Of a stretch of DNA of 64,000 nt, positions 16,801 to 24,498 are shown one piece after another. The notes beneath the pieces are model-generated. The model had not been told where the DNA came from, made no database searches, and worked only from the letters and a program-made list of their open reading frames with translations. The number at the start of each line of letters is the position of its first letter. Position 1 is the stretch's first letter. The stretch is from assembly GCA_020630095.1 (NCBI GenBank), contig JAHDCD010000001.1, forward strand, positions 5,698 to 69,697, written 5' to 3'. The translations under genes were made by a program, and so were the position numbers. Source of the stretch: Rickettsiales bacterium. Lineage in GTDB: Bacteria > Pseudomonadota > Alphaproteobacteria > Rickettsiales > UBA8987.

Positions 16801-19800
16801 GCATGTTCAGGAAGATTTGAACCTGCATTATTAGTAATTATTTCTTTAGTTGTAGGTTGGGTTGTTGTACCTCTTGTTTTAGGAGCTGCTTCGCCACCTA
16901 ATTTTTTACCAATATTGTTTACGCCACCTAATGCCTCAACATCTGAAGCACTAATTTTTGTACCATCAGCAAATGTAGCAAAACCATCATCACCTACTGG
17001 TGAAGCTTCAAATACGCCATCTTTAGTACGAGAAATGAAATTTTTACCAGTACCAGTTTGGCCATCTACACTGCCTTCAAATGCCTCAAACTCTGCATTT
17101 GCATTAGTTGTACTTAACTTAGGTGCGGTTTTTACAGTTTTTGTAATAGTTCTAGGCTTTGCAGCTGATGCGTTTATACCACCGCCACCAAAACCTTTTG
17201 TATCGCCTAGACTTAATAGTTGGTCTGGGTCTGTAAAAGTTTCAGTACCACTAAGAATACTGCTTATTTTTTGATCAGATGCACCTAAATCTCTATAAGA
17301 TTCAACTAGGTCACGTACTTCTTTGGGAGCATTATCAGCTAATACTAAATCACCACTGGTTGAAGTAGAAAATACATTATTACCACCGCCGTTTGCTTTC
17401 CATGCTGCTTCTGCTGCCTTAGCTGCATTGTTTGCAGGTGGAAAGCGGTGAGTGAACATACCTCTAAACTTTTTACGAGATGCTCTACCGCGATCAACAT
17501 CTTCCCACTCATGAGCAACGCGTGCTTTGTTAAATCTATCTAAGGCATCTGGCATAGCATCTAATTTTCTTATTAATGCCGCTCTATCATTTGTAGAGAA
17601 ATCACCAGTTGCTCTTTGTAATACATTAAGCAAGCCGCCATATTGTTGTTTATAGCCATGACCTCCTTTAGGAATACCTGCTCCGCGGTGATGTACAGTA
17701 TCAGCTATTTGAAGTTGTAAACCTGGGTTAGTGGCATGTTTTGTGTAAGGTTCAGATAGTTCACGGAAATATTCTTTCGCATATCTTTTTGCAGCGGCAT
17801 GTTGTCCGTTCTGAACTAATGATCTTAAATGTTTTGCTTCATTTGGTTGATATCTTGCAGTAATACCGGCAACTTCGTATGCACCACCACCATCACCTGC
17901 AGGTGGATAGTAAACTTTAACATTGCCGTTTTTATCTAATCTAGCTTCTCTGCCGAAAGTAAATTCAGAAGGATCAAAGCCTGCTATTGAATTAGAAGTG
18001 GATTTTTTAATAACACCACTTTCTCTTAATTTTGATGCTTGGCTATTTAAATCAGAAAGTTTTTTTGTTTTTTCAGCTTTCTCAATTTTTTCACGTTCAA
18101 TTCTTTCTTGTTCTAATTTTGCTCTTTCATTTGCTCTAAACTCATCTGGTGTTTGAGTGGTAAGCGCATTGTGAGTCTCGTTTAGTTTACCTTCAATTTT
18201 ATCCCAATCTGCACCATTTATTACTAAATCATTATATTCTTGAGCAATTCTTCCTCTTATTTCTTTAGGAACGCTTTCATCAATTTCTAAGGCGCCATCT
18301 TGTAGTACTCTTACTGGGTTAGGTGCACTTGATGTAGTAGACGAAGTTGTTGTTCTAGGTATACTTGTAGAAATACCACCACTTGTTTCAGTAGGTGAAG
18401 AATTTGGAGTAGTAGCTGGCTCTATCGGTTGGAATTCAGGATCAAATACTGCATTGTTTGCAATTGCTTGACTTTGTTCTTCTGTAAATGGCTTTGAAGT
18501 TACATTTTCTTGTGGAGCTGTTTGGTTATTATTAGAAGTAACATTTCTGTTAGTTTGACCATTAGTCATATATGAAGTGCCATCATATTTTAGTACTAAA
18601 GTATCATTACCTTTTTGTACTTCAGCTCTCATATCAGCTATAAATTGATCATATACTTGCTGACGAGAAAGACCGCTATTATTACCATTAATACATTCAG
18701 GAGCTATACAGCCACTTGTACCAGGGTAGCCATTTCTACTAATGTGAGAAATTATACCAGTACGTAAACGATTTAGTTTTGGATCCCACATTTCTTCGAA
18801 TCTAACAACTTGTCCACCAGACCAAGATCGACTATCTCCTTCAATTTTTGTAACATCCCATTCACCTTCTGGTGCTGGGCCACTACCTCTGGCGCCTGAA
18901 ACAACGGTATAAGCTGTACCATTTAAAACTAAAGTTGAAGTACGTGCAGGATTACCAAGGTTATCAGTGTGCCCATTATTTTGTAATTGTGTGCCACTAA
19001 CCCTTCTTTCATCTCTAAGGTCTCTAGTGATTTCTGGAGGGCCAGAAGATTGTGTGCTTTGACTTGGAGCACTTGGTTGCTCTTGAGCTACTTCTTCTAA
19101 TTTAGGTTGCTCTGGTTGAGGGTAAGAAGGGCTAGTAGTAGGTCTGTTATTATTACTTATTTGACTACCTAAGCCACTAAGGCCACTCAAGATATCTGAT
19201 AATGATGAGTTGTTATCAGAATTGAAATCTACATTAGAATTGGGATTTCTTTGTACTGGAGATGAACCTGGAGTATAATTTTCTCTGTATGTATCAGCTC
19301 TAGAAGTGTTTGAACTTATAGCAGTAGGTGTGCTAGTTGGAGTTGAGCTAGCTCTGGGTGGAGTTACACTAGCATTAATACCACCAGAGTTTGACGTATT
19401 AGTAGTAGGAGAGTTTCTTTGCGTTAATGTTGGAGGTGTATAATTTGTATTATTAGATGTATTTTGCGAATTAGGGCTACCACCAATATTTCTAACATTA
19501 GCTAAAGGATTTGAAGTATTCGAAGTACTATTAGATACAGCGCCTGTAGGTGTATTTGATACAGGAGTTGTAGGTGGAACATAAGTTCCAGTTGATGGCG
19601 CACCTATATTCTTTTCAGATTGTGATACACCAGGTCTTCCATTAACTGGTGGGATATAAGCAGTATTAGGTTGGCTGTAAGAGTCACCTCTTCCTGGAAT
19701 GGTAGAATTAGGAGATGTATCACCACCTAAACCTTCGCCATTATTTGTTATAGGAAGTTCACTTCTTTCAGGGTTGTCGTATGTAGGTTGTGCATGCGGT

Positions 19801-21920
19801 GAGTTCGAAGCAAAGCCTTCACCTGTGCCTCTGTTATTTGATGTATTAGGAGCATTACCTTGATGAGAAGGAGGTGTGTATTGTGGGTTATTTCTAGGGG
19901 CCGCACCTGATAAGTCTGGGTTGTTAACTTGAGCAATATTAGAGCTTGTATTTCCCAGGCTACCATTTTCTAGTGGTTCACCGATACCAAATCTGTTTAA
20001 GCTATCAGAAATGTTTTGAGAATTTGTGATGTCGCTTATAGAGGTGTTATTTGTAGGTAAGTTTGGAGTATTTGTCTCAAAGCTTCTTTGTAAGCCATCA
20101 CCAACGGTTTCGCCACCTGTATAAGGGTTATTATTAACAACTCTTAGAGGTTGTGGGGCCTCAGTTATTCTTTGGTACTCTTCCCAAGAAATTTCACGAG
20201 GTTCATTAGCTGCACTTAAGTTACCATCTAAAGGATCAAATGGCGTTGCAGATTCGCGGTCTAAGCTGATACCATTTCTAAGAGTATCATTTACTTGACC
20301 AACTCTATCGCTGATACCATTACCAATATCTTTTACTTTGTCAGTGATTGGGCTAACTATTTTATCTGTAATAAACTCATTAGCGGTATTTATACCTTCT
20401 TTAAAATTATTTACGCCTTCACCAATAGCTTCACGAGTATTTGTAACGGCATCGCTTAAGAAATCTCTTGTTGAATCAAGGAATGAGCCATTTGAACCAT
20501 TACCAACAGCTTCACCATTAAGTGATACTTCACCAACACCTTCAAAACCGCCTTGCTCTAAATATCTAGAAACATCAGCATTTGAGATATCACCATTTAA
20601 GCTTAACGACGATGTGCCATCACCACGAACAGATATTTCGTTTAATTGATTAATATCATTTAAGCCGTTAACTGAAATGTTAGAACCATTCTCAGCAAAT
20701 ATATCACCAACTGATGAATTTGATGCGTTTACAGATAAATCTGAATTATCTAAGTTAAACTGTCCTAAGTCTGAACCATTTACGCTAATTTCACTACCAG
20801 TTGCAAATGTAGGAGTTTCAAGAGTTCTTGCATTTACGCCATCATAGCCAATCTTTGCGTTTTCAAGGTTAAAGTTATTTACAGAGATAGGTGCGCCATC
20901 AGATGTAATTGATAATTCACTATCTGTGATATTGAATTCATCACCGCCACCGATTGTAAAGGCACCTTCATCGCCAAATATTTCGTCAGTAAGGGTAATA
21001 TCCTTACCTGTAATGTTTTCTAAATTAAATGTATCATTATCAGAGATAGAACCAATTCTACCGAATTCAGTACCATCTAATGTAGCATTGTTCTCCAAAG
21101 CACTTTCTAGTGAGCCATCTTCAATTGAACCACCTTCAAATTTGATATCAGTAATTTCACCTTCAGCGGTAAGTTCACCTACGTCAGTATCTTTGGCGTC
21201 AAAAAGTACATCAGTTTCACTTGTTAATTCAGCTTCACCAATTGTTGTTCCTTCAGCATTAAGATCAATTTCGCCACTTTCAGCAAATAATGAATCAAAA
21301 TCAGTACCAATTGCTTCAAGATCAAAATTATCAGCACCTTGCGCTCTGAAATCACCAATTTCAGATCCATCAAATGTTACGTCCTCTGTACCATCTGCAA
21401 ATATTGAATCACTTGTAAGGTTGTTACCATCTATTTTTAGACCTGTTGTTTCTAGGTCCTGAATTTTAGTGTCAGTTGCATTTACATCACCTGTAACTTC
21501 AGCGTTGATAGCTTCAGAACCTTCAAATGTACCTGCGCCGTCTATTTTTACTTCAGCAGCATTACTTTCAATTAATGTTGTATCGCTACCTGAATCTAAT
21601 TTATTTGTATCTGTACCAGATATTTCACCACCTTGTGCGGCTACTATTTCATTAGCTGTTGAATTTGTAACTGCTTCACCAGAGGTTGTTGTGATATTTT
21701 GTGCATCTACATTATTTGCAGCTTCCACTTCACCATCAACAACTGTTTGGAATTTAATTTTGCCAAAGCCATGGTTGGCGAATAGATTGTCGTATGCGCT
21801 ATATGAATTGTTGTAGAAGTAAGAATCTTGCGCTGATGCGTTGCTTTGAACAGCCGTAATTAATAATGCTGCTAGTGCGCCTATATAGAATTTGAATATT
21901 TTATTACCTAATTTTTGCAT
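13857..21920 (-). CDS. Giant type Va autotransporter (2,687 aa) with a multi-module passenger
   Basis: Sec signal peptide (...AVQSNASA). Acidic G/D/E/T/S/N repeat region. About 400 aa of P/S/T/N-rich low complexity. Internal enzyme-like modules. The C-terminal ~300 aa have alternating beta-strand character and end ...LKLGYKYNF (terminal aromatic, autotransporter-barrel style). Confidence 0.85.
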   Translation of the reverse strand: MQKLGNKIFKFYIGALAALLITAVQSNASAQDSYFYNNSYSAYDNLFANHGFGKIKFQTVVDGEVEAANNVDAQNITTTSGEAVTNSTANEIVAAQGGEISGTDTNKLDSGSDTTLIESNAAEVKIDGAGTFEGSEAINAEVTGDVNATDTKIQDLETTGLKIDGNNLTSDSIFADGTEDVTFDGSEIGDFRAQGADNFDLEAIGTDFDSLFAESGEIDLNAEGTTIGEAELTSETDVLFDAKDTDVGELTAEGEITDIKFEGGSIEDGSLESALENNATLDGTEFGRIGSISDNDTFNLENITGKDITLTDEIFGDEGAFTIGGGDEFNITDSELSITSDGAPISVNNFNLENAKIGYDGVNARTLETPTFATGSEISVNGSDLGQFNLDNSDLSVNASNSSVGDIFAENGSNISVNGLNDINQLNEISVRGDGTSSLSLNGDISNADVSRYLEQGGFEGVGEVSLNGEAVGNGSNGSFLDSTRDFLSDAVTNTREAIGEGVNNFKEGINTANEFITDKIVSPITDKVKDIGNGISDRVGQVNDTLRNGISLDRESATPFDPLDGNLSAANEPREISWEEYQRITEAPQPLRVVNNNPYTGGETVGDGLQRSFETNTPNLPTNNTSISDITNSQNISDSLNRFGIGEPLENGSLGNTSSNIAQVNNPDLSGAAPRNNPQYTPPSHQGNAPNTSNNRGTGEGFASNSPHAQPTYDNPERSELPITNNGEGLGGDTSPNSTIPGRGDSYSQPNTAYIPPVNGRPGVSQSEKNIGAPSTGTYVPPTTPVSNTPTGAVSNSTSNTSNPLANVRNIGGSPNSQNTSNNTNYTPPTLTQRNSPTTNTSNSGGINASVTPPRASSTPTSTPTAISSNTSRADTYRENYTPGSSPVQRNPNSNVDFNSDNNSSLSDILSGLSGLGSQISNNNRPTTSPSYPQPEQPKLEEVAQEQPSAPSQSTQSSGPPEITRDLRDERRVSGTQLQNNGHTDNLGNPARTSTLVLNGTAYTVVSGARGSGPAPEGEWDVTKIEGDSRSWSGGQVVRFEEMWDPKLNRLRTGIISHISRNGYPGTSGCIAPECINGNNSGLSRQQVYDQFIADMRAEVQKGNDTLVLKYDGTSYMTNGQTNRNVTSNNNQTAPQENVTSKPFTEEQSQAIANNAVFDPEFQPIEPATTPNSSPTETSGGISTSIPRTTTSSTTSSAPNPVRVLQDGALEIDESVPKEIRGRIAQEYNDLVINGADWDKIEGKLNETHNALTTQTPDEFRANERAKLEQERIEREKIEKAEKTKKLSDLNSQASKLRESGVIKKSTSNSIAGFDPSEFTFGREARLDKNGNVKVYYPPAGDGGGAYEVAGITARYQPNEAKHLRSLVQNGQHAAAKRYAKEYFRELSEPYTKHATNPGLQLQIADTVHHRGAGIPKGGHGYKQQYGGLLNVLQRATGDFSTNDRAALIRKLDAMPDALDRFNKARVAHEWEDVDRGRASRKKFRGMFTHRFPPANNAAKAAEAAWKANGGGNNVFSTSTSGDLVLADNAPKEVRDLVESYRDLGASDQKISSILSGTETFTDPDQLLSLGDTKGFGGGGINASAAKPRTITKTVKTAPKLSTTNANAEFEAFEGSVDGQTGTGKNFISRTKDGVFEASPVGDDGFATFADGTKISASDVEALGGVNNIGKKLGGEAAPKTRGTTTQPTTKEIITNNAGSNLPEHAIHHEGNNVLRVNEDGAAHMTNTGRLVGTENVNEAYRNARANGASVEDAVKSVNDEFRIRKETVETNQPSTIAQKDKIVDIGKNGDVEFVNGNFSNATREQITDLKGQGKTNQEVVDTINGTQPASVQTSEQDLSKLSPEFLKSGGNKAGGTETKTVTLNPDGSDPTYSGFKVTKEELPRYKTNADGSIVKDSKGNPVFNEDVTKVVEGTLNGKKITGIVDAQGNITYTTDDPFSLAEADVPNNISQIPGQETGVIVGTAPDGTPIYQGPQPTKVSDGAGSYNGGSYCADCNGGSSNYGGSGSNGPLGAASSLLGGSGAFNPLQAIMGLLGLAQNALGGGGDEDGNSGGNNSQIANIDDEKPLCDKENDEVAQRKNGKWECVVTALKDAEIAGNEEGGVNIDVSEGTEEDIEGTENSDLVVASEVIDTEVNLGAGNDAIDAKNSRIAQGGVVNLGGGKNVILSDRIVNEGEISGDNVMIVGDIVQTEDGKIIVTQTTEEEKLDDVDTVIEPLKVAGNAILDGVIEINVRNKEELLSLKPGDKVTVVRSNGAIIDNGVVIEAPVKDDLYAWTKEVDQETGELNAVLGYAKADCANVESLSDEAKSICNSISKAAQENDTFIIPDVQALLANINDSDLTKRTAALESMSAEGYISANNSISRAVSNFLNIAHDRIFASDKANRKSGDYNNVGEFGKDKKVKNYECSAYGGYINGNGSGGENAHKYTTSSDGVFVAGDCLQDNYKLGAMVSYVTKDIDEDSGFDSSSRIVSVGGYGSYALDNGIKLSGIASLNAAKTDVTRTTNAGSASSTSVSDFATYVLGFKGEAGYDLHAGSVLFRPYGGLEYQYIRSGEALETGDNISDLDVSHYSTSYASANLGARAIMDKRIGILNNMLVSPYIETEIVADIIKMEENIEAEILGTSFTSYKENETSSRLRLGVGVDGSMFNDNEINKHNLFGHFKYEQGLGGEESDSVLKLGYKYNF
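13860..14750 (-). other. Autotransporter beta-barrel translocator domain (aa ~2390-2687; approximate)
   Basis: Amphipathic beta-strand pattern, Gly/aromatic-rich, C-terminal YKYNF. Confidence 0.7.
17421..17993 (-). other. Possible GH108-lysozyme / PG_binding_3-like module inside the autotransporter passenger (aa ~1310-1500; approximate)
   Basis: GDGGGAYEVAGITARY and LQLQIADTVHHRGAG...LLNVLQRA loosely resemble GH108 (DpGGxTxxGIT) and its helical partner domain. The EGG catalytic motif was not found. Confidence 0.3.
18576..18938 (-). other. Tlde1/DUF2778-like (YkuD-type L,D-transpeptidase fold) module inside the autotransporter passenger (aa ~995-1115; coordinates approximate)
   Basis: VSGARGSGPAPEGEWDV ... 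RLRTGIISHISRNGYPGTSGCIAPE fits the pattern SG...GPiPxGxY ... R.gf.iH......SxGCI. Confidence 0.55.
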
Positions 21921-22120
21921 AAAAAGTTTCCGTAAACCTTAATTTTGCAAGAAGAGATAATATGTAAGAGTTAAAAAAACGTTCTTATTGCTATTGTGAG
22001 CGTGCCTTACGCCTTAATATGCATAATAGTACGAGTGCAGTTAAATACTGGTTAACAACCATTAAGATTTGCTGTGGAATTGGTTGAAAATTTTCTATAT
22101 TTGAGAAAATGCACCTAAAA

Positions 22121-23602
22121 CTAGCTGTGAGACTCAATTACAGGATCTAAGAATTTAGTGGTATTTTTATCAAATTCTAGGTTTACAGAGCCAATTGGAC
22201 CATGGCGATTCTTAGAAATTAAGATTTCAGAGAGTCTATCAACCTCTTCCATTTTCTCTTGCCAAGCGGCGAAAGCGGCTTCATCGGTTTCATTAGGTTT
22301 TTTGCGTTCTTCGTAGTAAGAGTCACGATATATGAATAAAACCATATCTGCATCCTGCTCGATTGAGCCTGATTCACGAAGGTCTGAAAGTTGAGGTTTT
22401 TTATCGGTACGTTGTTCAACGGCACGTGAAAGCTGTGAAAGAGCGATAACTGGAATATTTAATTCTTTAGCTATAGATTTTAGGCCCATTGAAATTTCAG
22501 AAATCTCTTGTACACGGCTGTCCGTGCCTTGTTTAGTAACACCTTTCATTAGCTGTAAGTAATCGATTACAAGCATTGAAAGATTATGCTTCCGTTTTAA
22601 ACGGCGCGCTCTTGTGCGCAGTGCAGCAATTGAAAGGGCAGGGGTGTCATCAATAAATAAAGGTAATTGATTAAGCTGGTTACTTGCATCGGCTAGCGCT
22701 CTAATATCATTTTTAAATTCGTTATTTTGTAGTTTACCACGGCGGATATCTGAAGCGTTAACGCCAGATTCCATTGCAAGCATACGCGTTGCTAGCTGGT
22801 CGGAACTCATCTCTAGCGAGCATACGCCGATTGAGCCAATTTTACCTTCAGGCTTATTATTATATTCACGCAACATGTGTTGCGCGGCATTTACTGCGAA
22901 GTTAATAGCTAAAGCCGTTTTACCCATTGATGGACGAGCCGCTAGGATTATAAGGTCTGAGTTGTGGAAGCCACCATATGGGCCATCGAACGAGCGAAAG
23001 CCAGTTGGTACGCCGTTTAATATGCCATCACGCTTTTGTGCGGCTTCAGCATATTCCATAGCTGTGCCAACGGCAGAGCTTAGCGTGCCGAAGTTACTTT
23101 CAGATTTACCTTGTGAGGCTAAATTGAAGAGTTTGCTTTCTGCACCTTCAATTTGTTCGGATGATTTCTTTTCACCGGTTTCATCGAAAGAGTCATTTAC
23201 GATGTCCTCACCGATTTTTATTAATTCGCGTGAGGTAGCTAGCGAGTAAACTATGTTGGCATAGTCGCGTACGTTAACAATACCTGAAATAAAGGCGCTT
23301 AAGCGTTTAATGTAATCTATTCCGCCAAGTTCTTGTAATTCCTCATCTTTTTCAAACTCTAATTTTAATGAAACTTCAGATGCTACTAGTCCGCGGTTGT
23401 TTAAGCGCAGTATGGCATCGTAAATTCTGCCGTGTAAAGGAACGTAGAAATGGTCTGGTATAAGGTCTACTTCAATGCGGTTAAGTGATTCATTATTAGT
23501 TAAAATAGCGCCTAGAATGGCTTGCTCAGCTTCTATGTTGTAAGGAACTTCACGAGATTCAGTGAAATCAACAGTAGGATTTATTGGCGTTACATTGCTC
23601 AT
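22121..23602 (-). CDS. dnaB: Replicative DNA helicase DnaB
   Basis: PYNIEAEQAILGAIL N-terminal motif, Walker A ARPSMGKTALAINFA, LVIDYLQLM, SQLSRAVEQR, RESGSIEQDAD. Confidence 0.95.
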   Translation of the reverse strand: MSNVTPINPTVDFTESREVPYNIEAEQAILGAILTNNESLNRIEVDLIPDHFYVPLHGRIYDAILRLNNRGLVASEVSLKLEFEKDEELQELGGIDYIKRLSAFISGIVNVRDYANIVYSLATSRELIKIGEDIVNDSFDETGEKKSSEQIEGAESKLFNLASQGKSESNFGTLSSAVGTAMEYAEAAQKRDGILNGVPTGFRSFDGPYGGFHNSDLIILAARPSMGKTALAINFAVNAAQHMLREYNNKPEGKIGSIGVCSLEMSSDQLATRMLAMESGVNASDIRRGKLQNNEFKNDIRALADASNQLNQLPLFIDDTPALSIAALRTRARRLKRKHNLSMLVIDYLQLMKGVTKQGTDSRVQEISEISMGLKSIAKELNIPVIALSQLSRAVEQRTDKKPQLSDLRESGSIEQDADMVLFIYRDSYYEERKKPNETDEAAFAAWQEKMEEVDRLSEILISKNRHGPIGSVNLEFDKNTTKFLDPVIESHS

Positions 23603-23670
23603 AATTTAAGTACTTCCGCAGGTAGGGAATATGATATTATAATTTTAGACGGATCAATTCAACCGTCATT

Positions 23671-24498
23671 ATGAAAAATATATCTAACGCATTGAAAAAC
23701 CATATTTCACAAGAAGTTACTACGCTGGCTTCATGTATTTTATTAAAGTTGCGGGATGGAGCTTTAATTGGCTTCACTTCTTTAGATCAAGATATTGAAT
23801 TTGAAGGAGTTTTGTATGAATCTTGTATGGGGGTAGACATTTTAGGGGCGAATACTCAGAATGATTTAAGTAATGATGATTTAGATTTTACCAGCGTGAT
23901 AGATTCGCCGTTAATGGACGAGAAAGAGTTGCGCGCGGGAAGGTTTGACCATGCCGAAGTTAGTGCGTTTTTAGTTAATTATGAAGATTTAACGCAAGGT
24001 AGGTTAATGCTTCGTTTTGGTTATTTAGGTGAGATAAAACATTCTAATGGTCGCTTTGAGGGGAAAGTTCATGGTTTAGGTAAAAAGCTTGATAAAGTTC
24101 AGGGTGATTTATATTCTAAAATTTGTCGTGCGAAGTTTGGCGATAGTAAATGCGGTTTTGATACTTCTAGCGTTACATTTACTGGTGTAGTAAGCGCGGT
24201 GGAATCAAATAAAGAGTTTACCGATAGCACACGTGCGGAGGATTCAGGGCATTTTGATAATGGTGTGATTAAGTTTATATCCGGCGCTAATGCAGGGCAA
24301 AGTATTGAAATTAAAAAGAGTTTTGCTGAGCGTGTTACGTTAATGATGGCTTTGCCGTATGATATTGCGGTAGGAGATAGTTACGAGATTACGCAAGGTT
24401 GCGATAGAGTATTTAGTACTTGCGTTGAGCGTTATAATAATGCGATTAATTTTCGTGCGGAACCGCATATTCCTGGAACATCTGCTATTGTAGGCTAA
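23671..24498 (+). CDS. GTA/phage tail hub protein homologue (RcGTA g13-like; DUF2163 / TIGR02218 with BR0599 C-terminal domain)
   Basis: TTLASCILLKLRDGALIGFTSLDQDIEFEGVLYES at the N-terminus. The C-terminus GVIKFISGANAGQSIEIK...GDSYEITQGCDRVFSTCVERYNNAINFRAEPHIPG matches the BR0599 pattern. Confidence 0.75.
   Translation: MKNISNALKNHISQEVTTLASCILLKLRDGALIGFTSLDQDIEFEGVLYESCMGVDILGANTQNDLSNDDLDFTSVIDSPLMDEKELRAGRFDHAEVSAFLVNYEDLTQGRLMLRFGYLGEIKHSNGRFEGKVHGLGKKLDKVQGDLYSKICRAKFGDSKCGFDTSSVTFTGVVSAVESNKEFTDSTRAEDSGHFDNGVIKFISGANAGQSIEIKKSFAERVTLMMALPYDIAVGDSYEITQGCDRVFSTCVERYNNAINFRAEPHIPGTSAIVG

Noticed and set aside
14000-21816. Many 60-180-aa ORFs on the plus strand inside the autotransporter gene (e.g. 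20926..21462, 21469..21816, 16915..17274)
   Set aside because: They are antisense frames of a long, compositionally biased gene. They are Ser/Pro/Leu-rich low-complexity translations with no start context.
21921-23670. Possible replication origin near dnaB
   Set aside because: I found no cluster of DnaA-box-like 9-mers (TTATCCACA or its complement) in the flanking spacers. The only near match (GTGGATAA) is isolated at ~61933.
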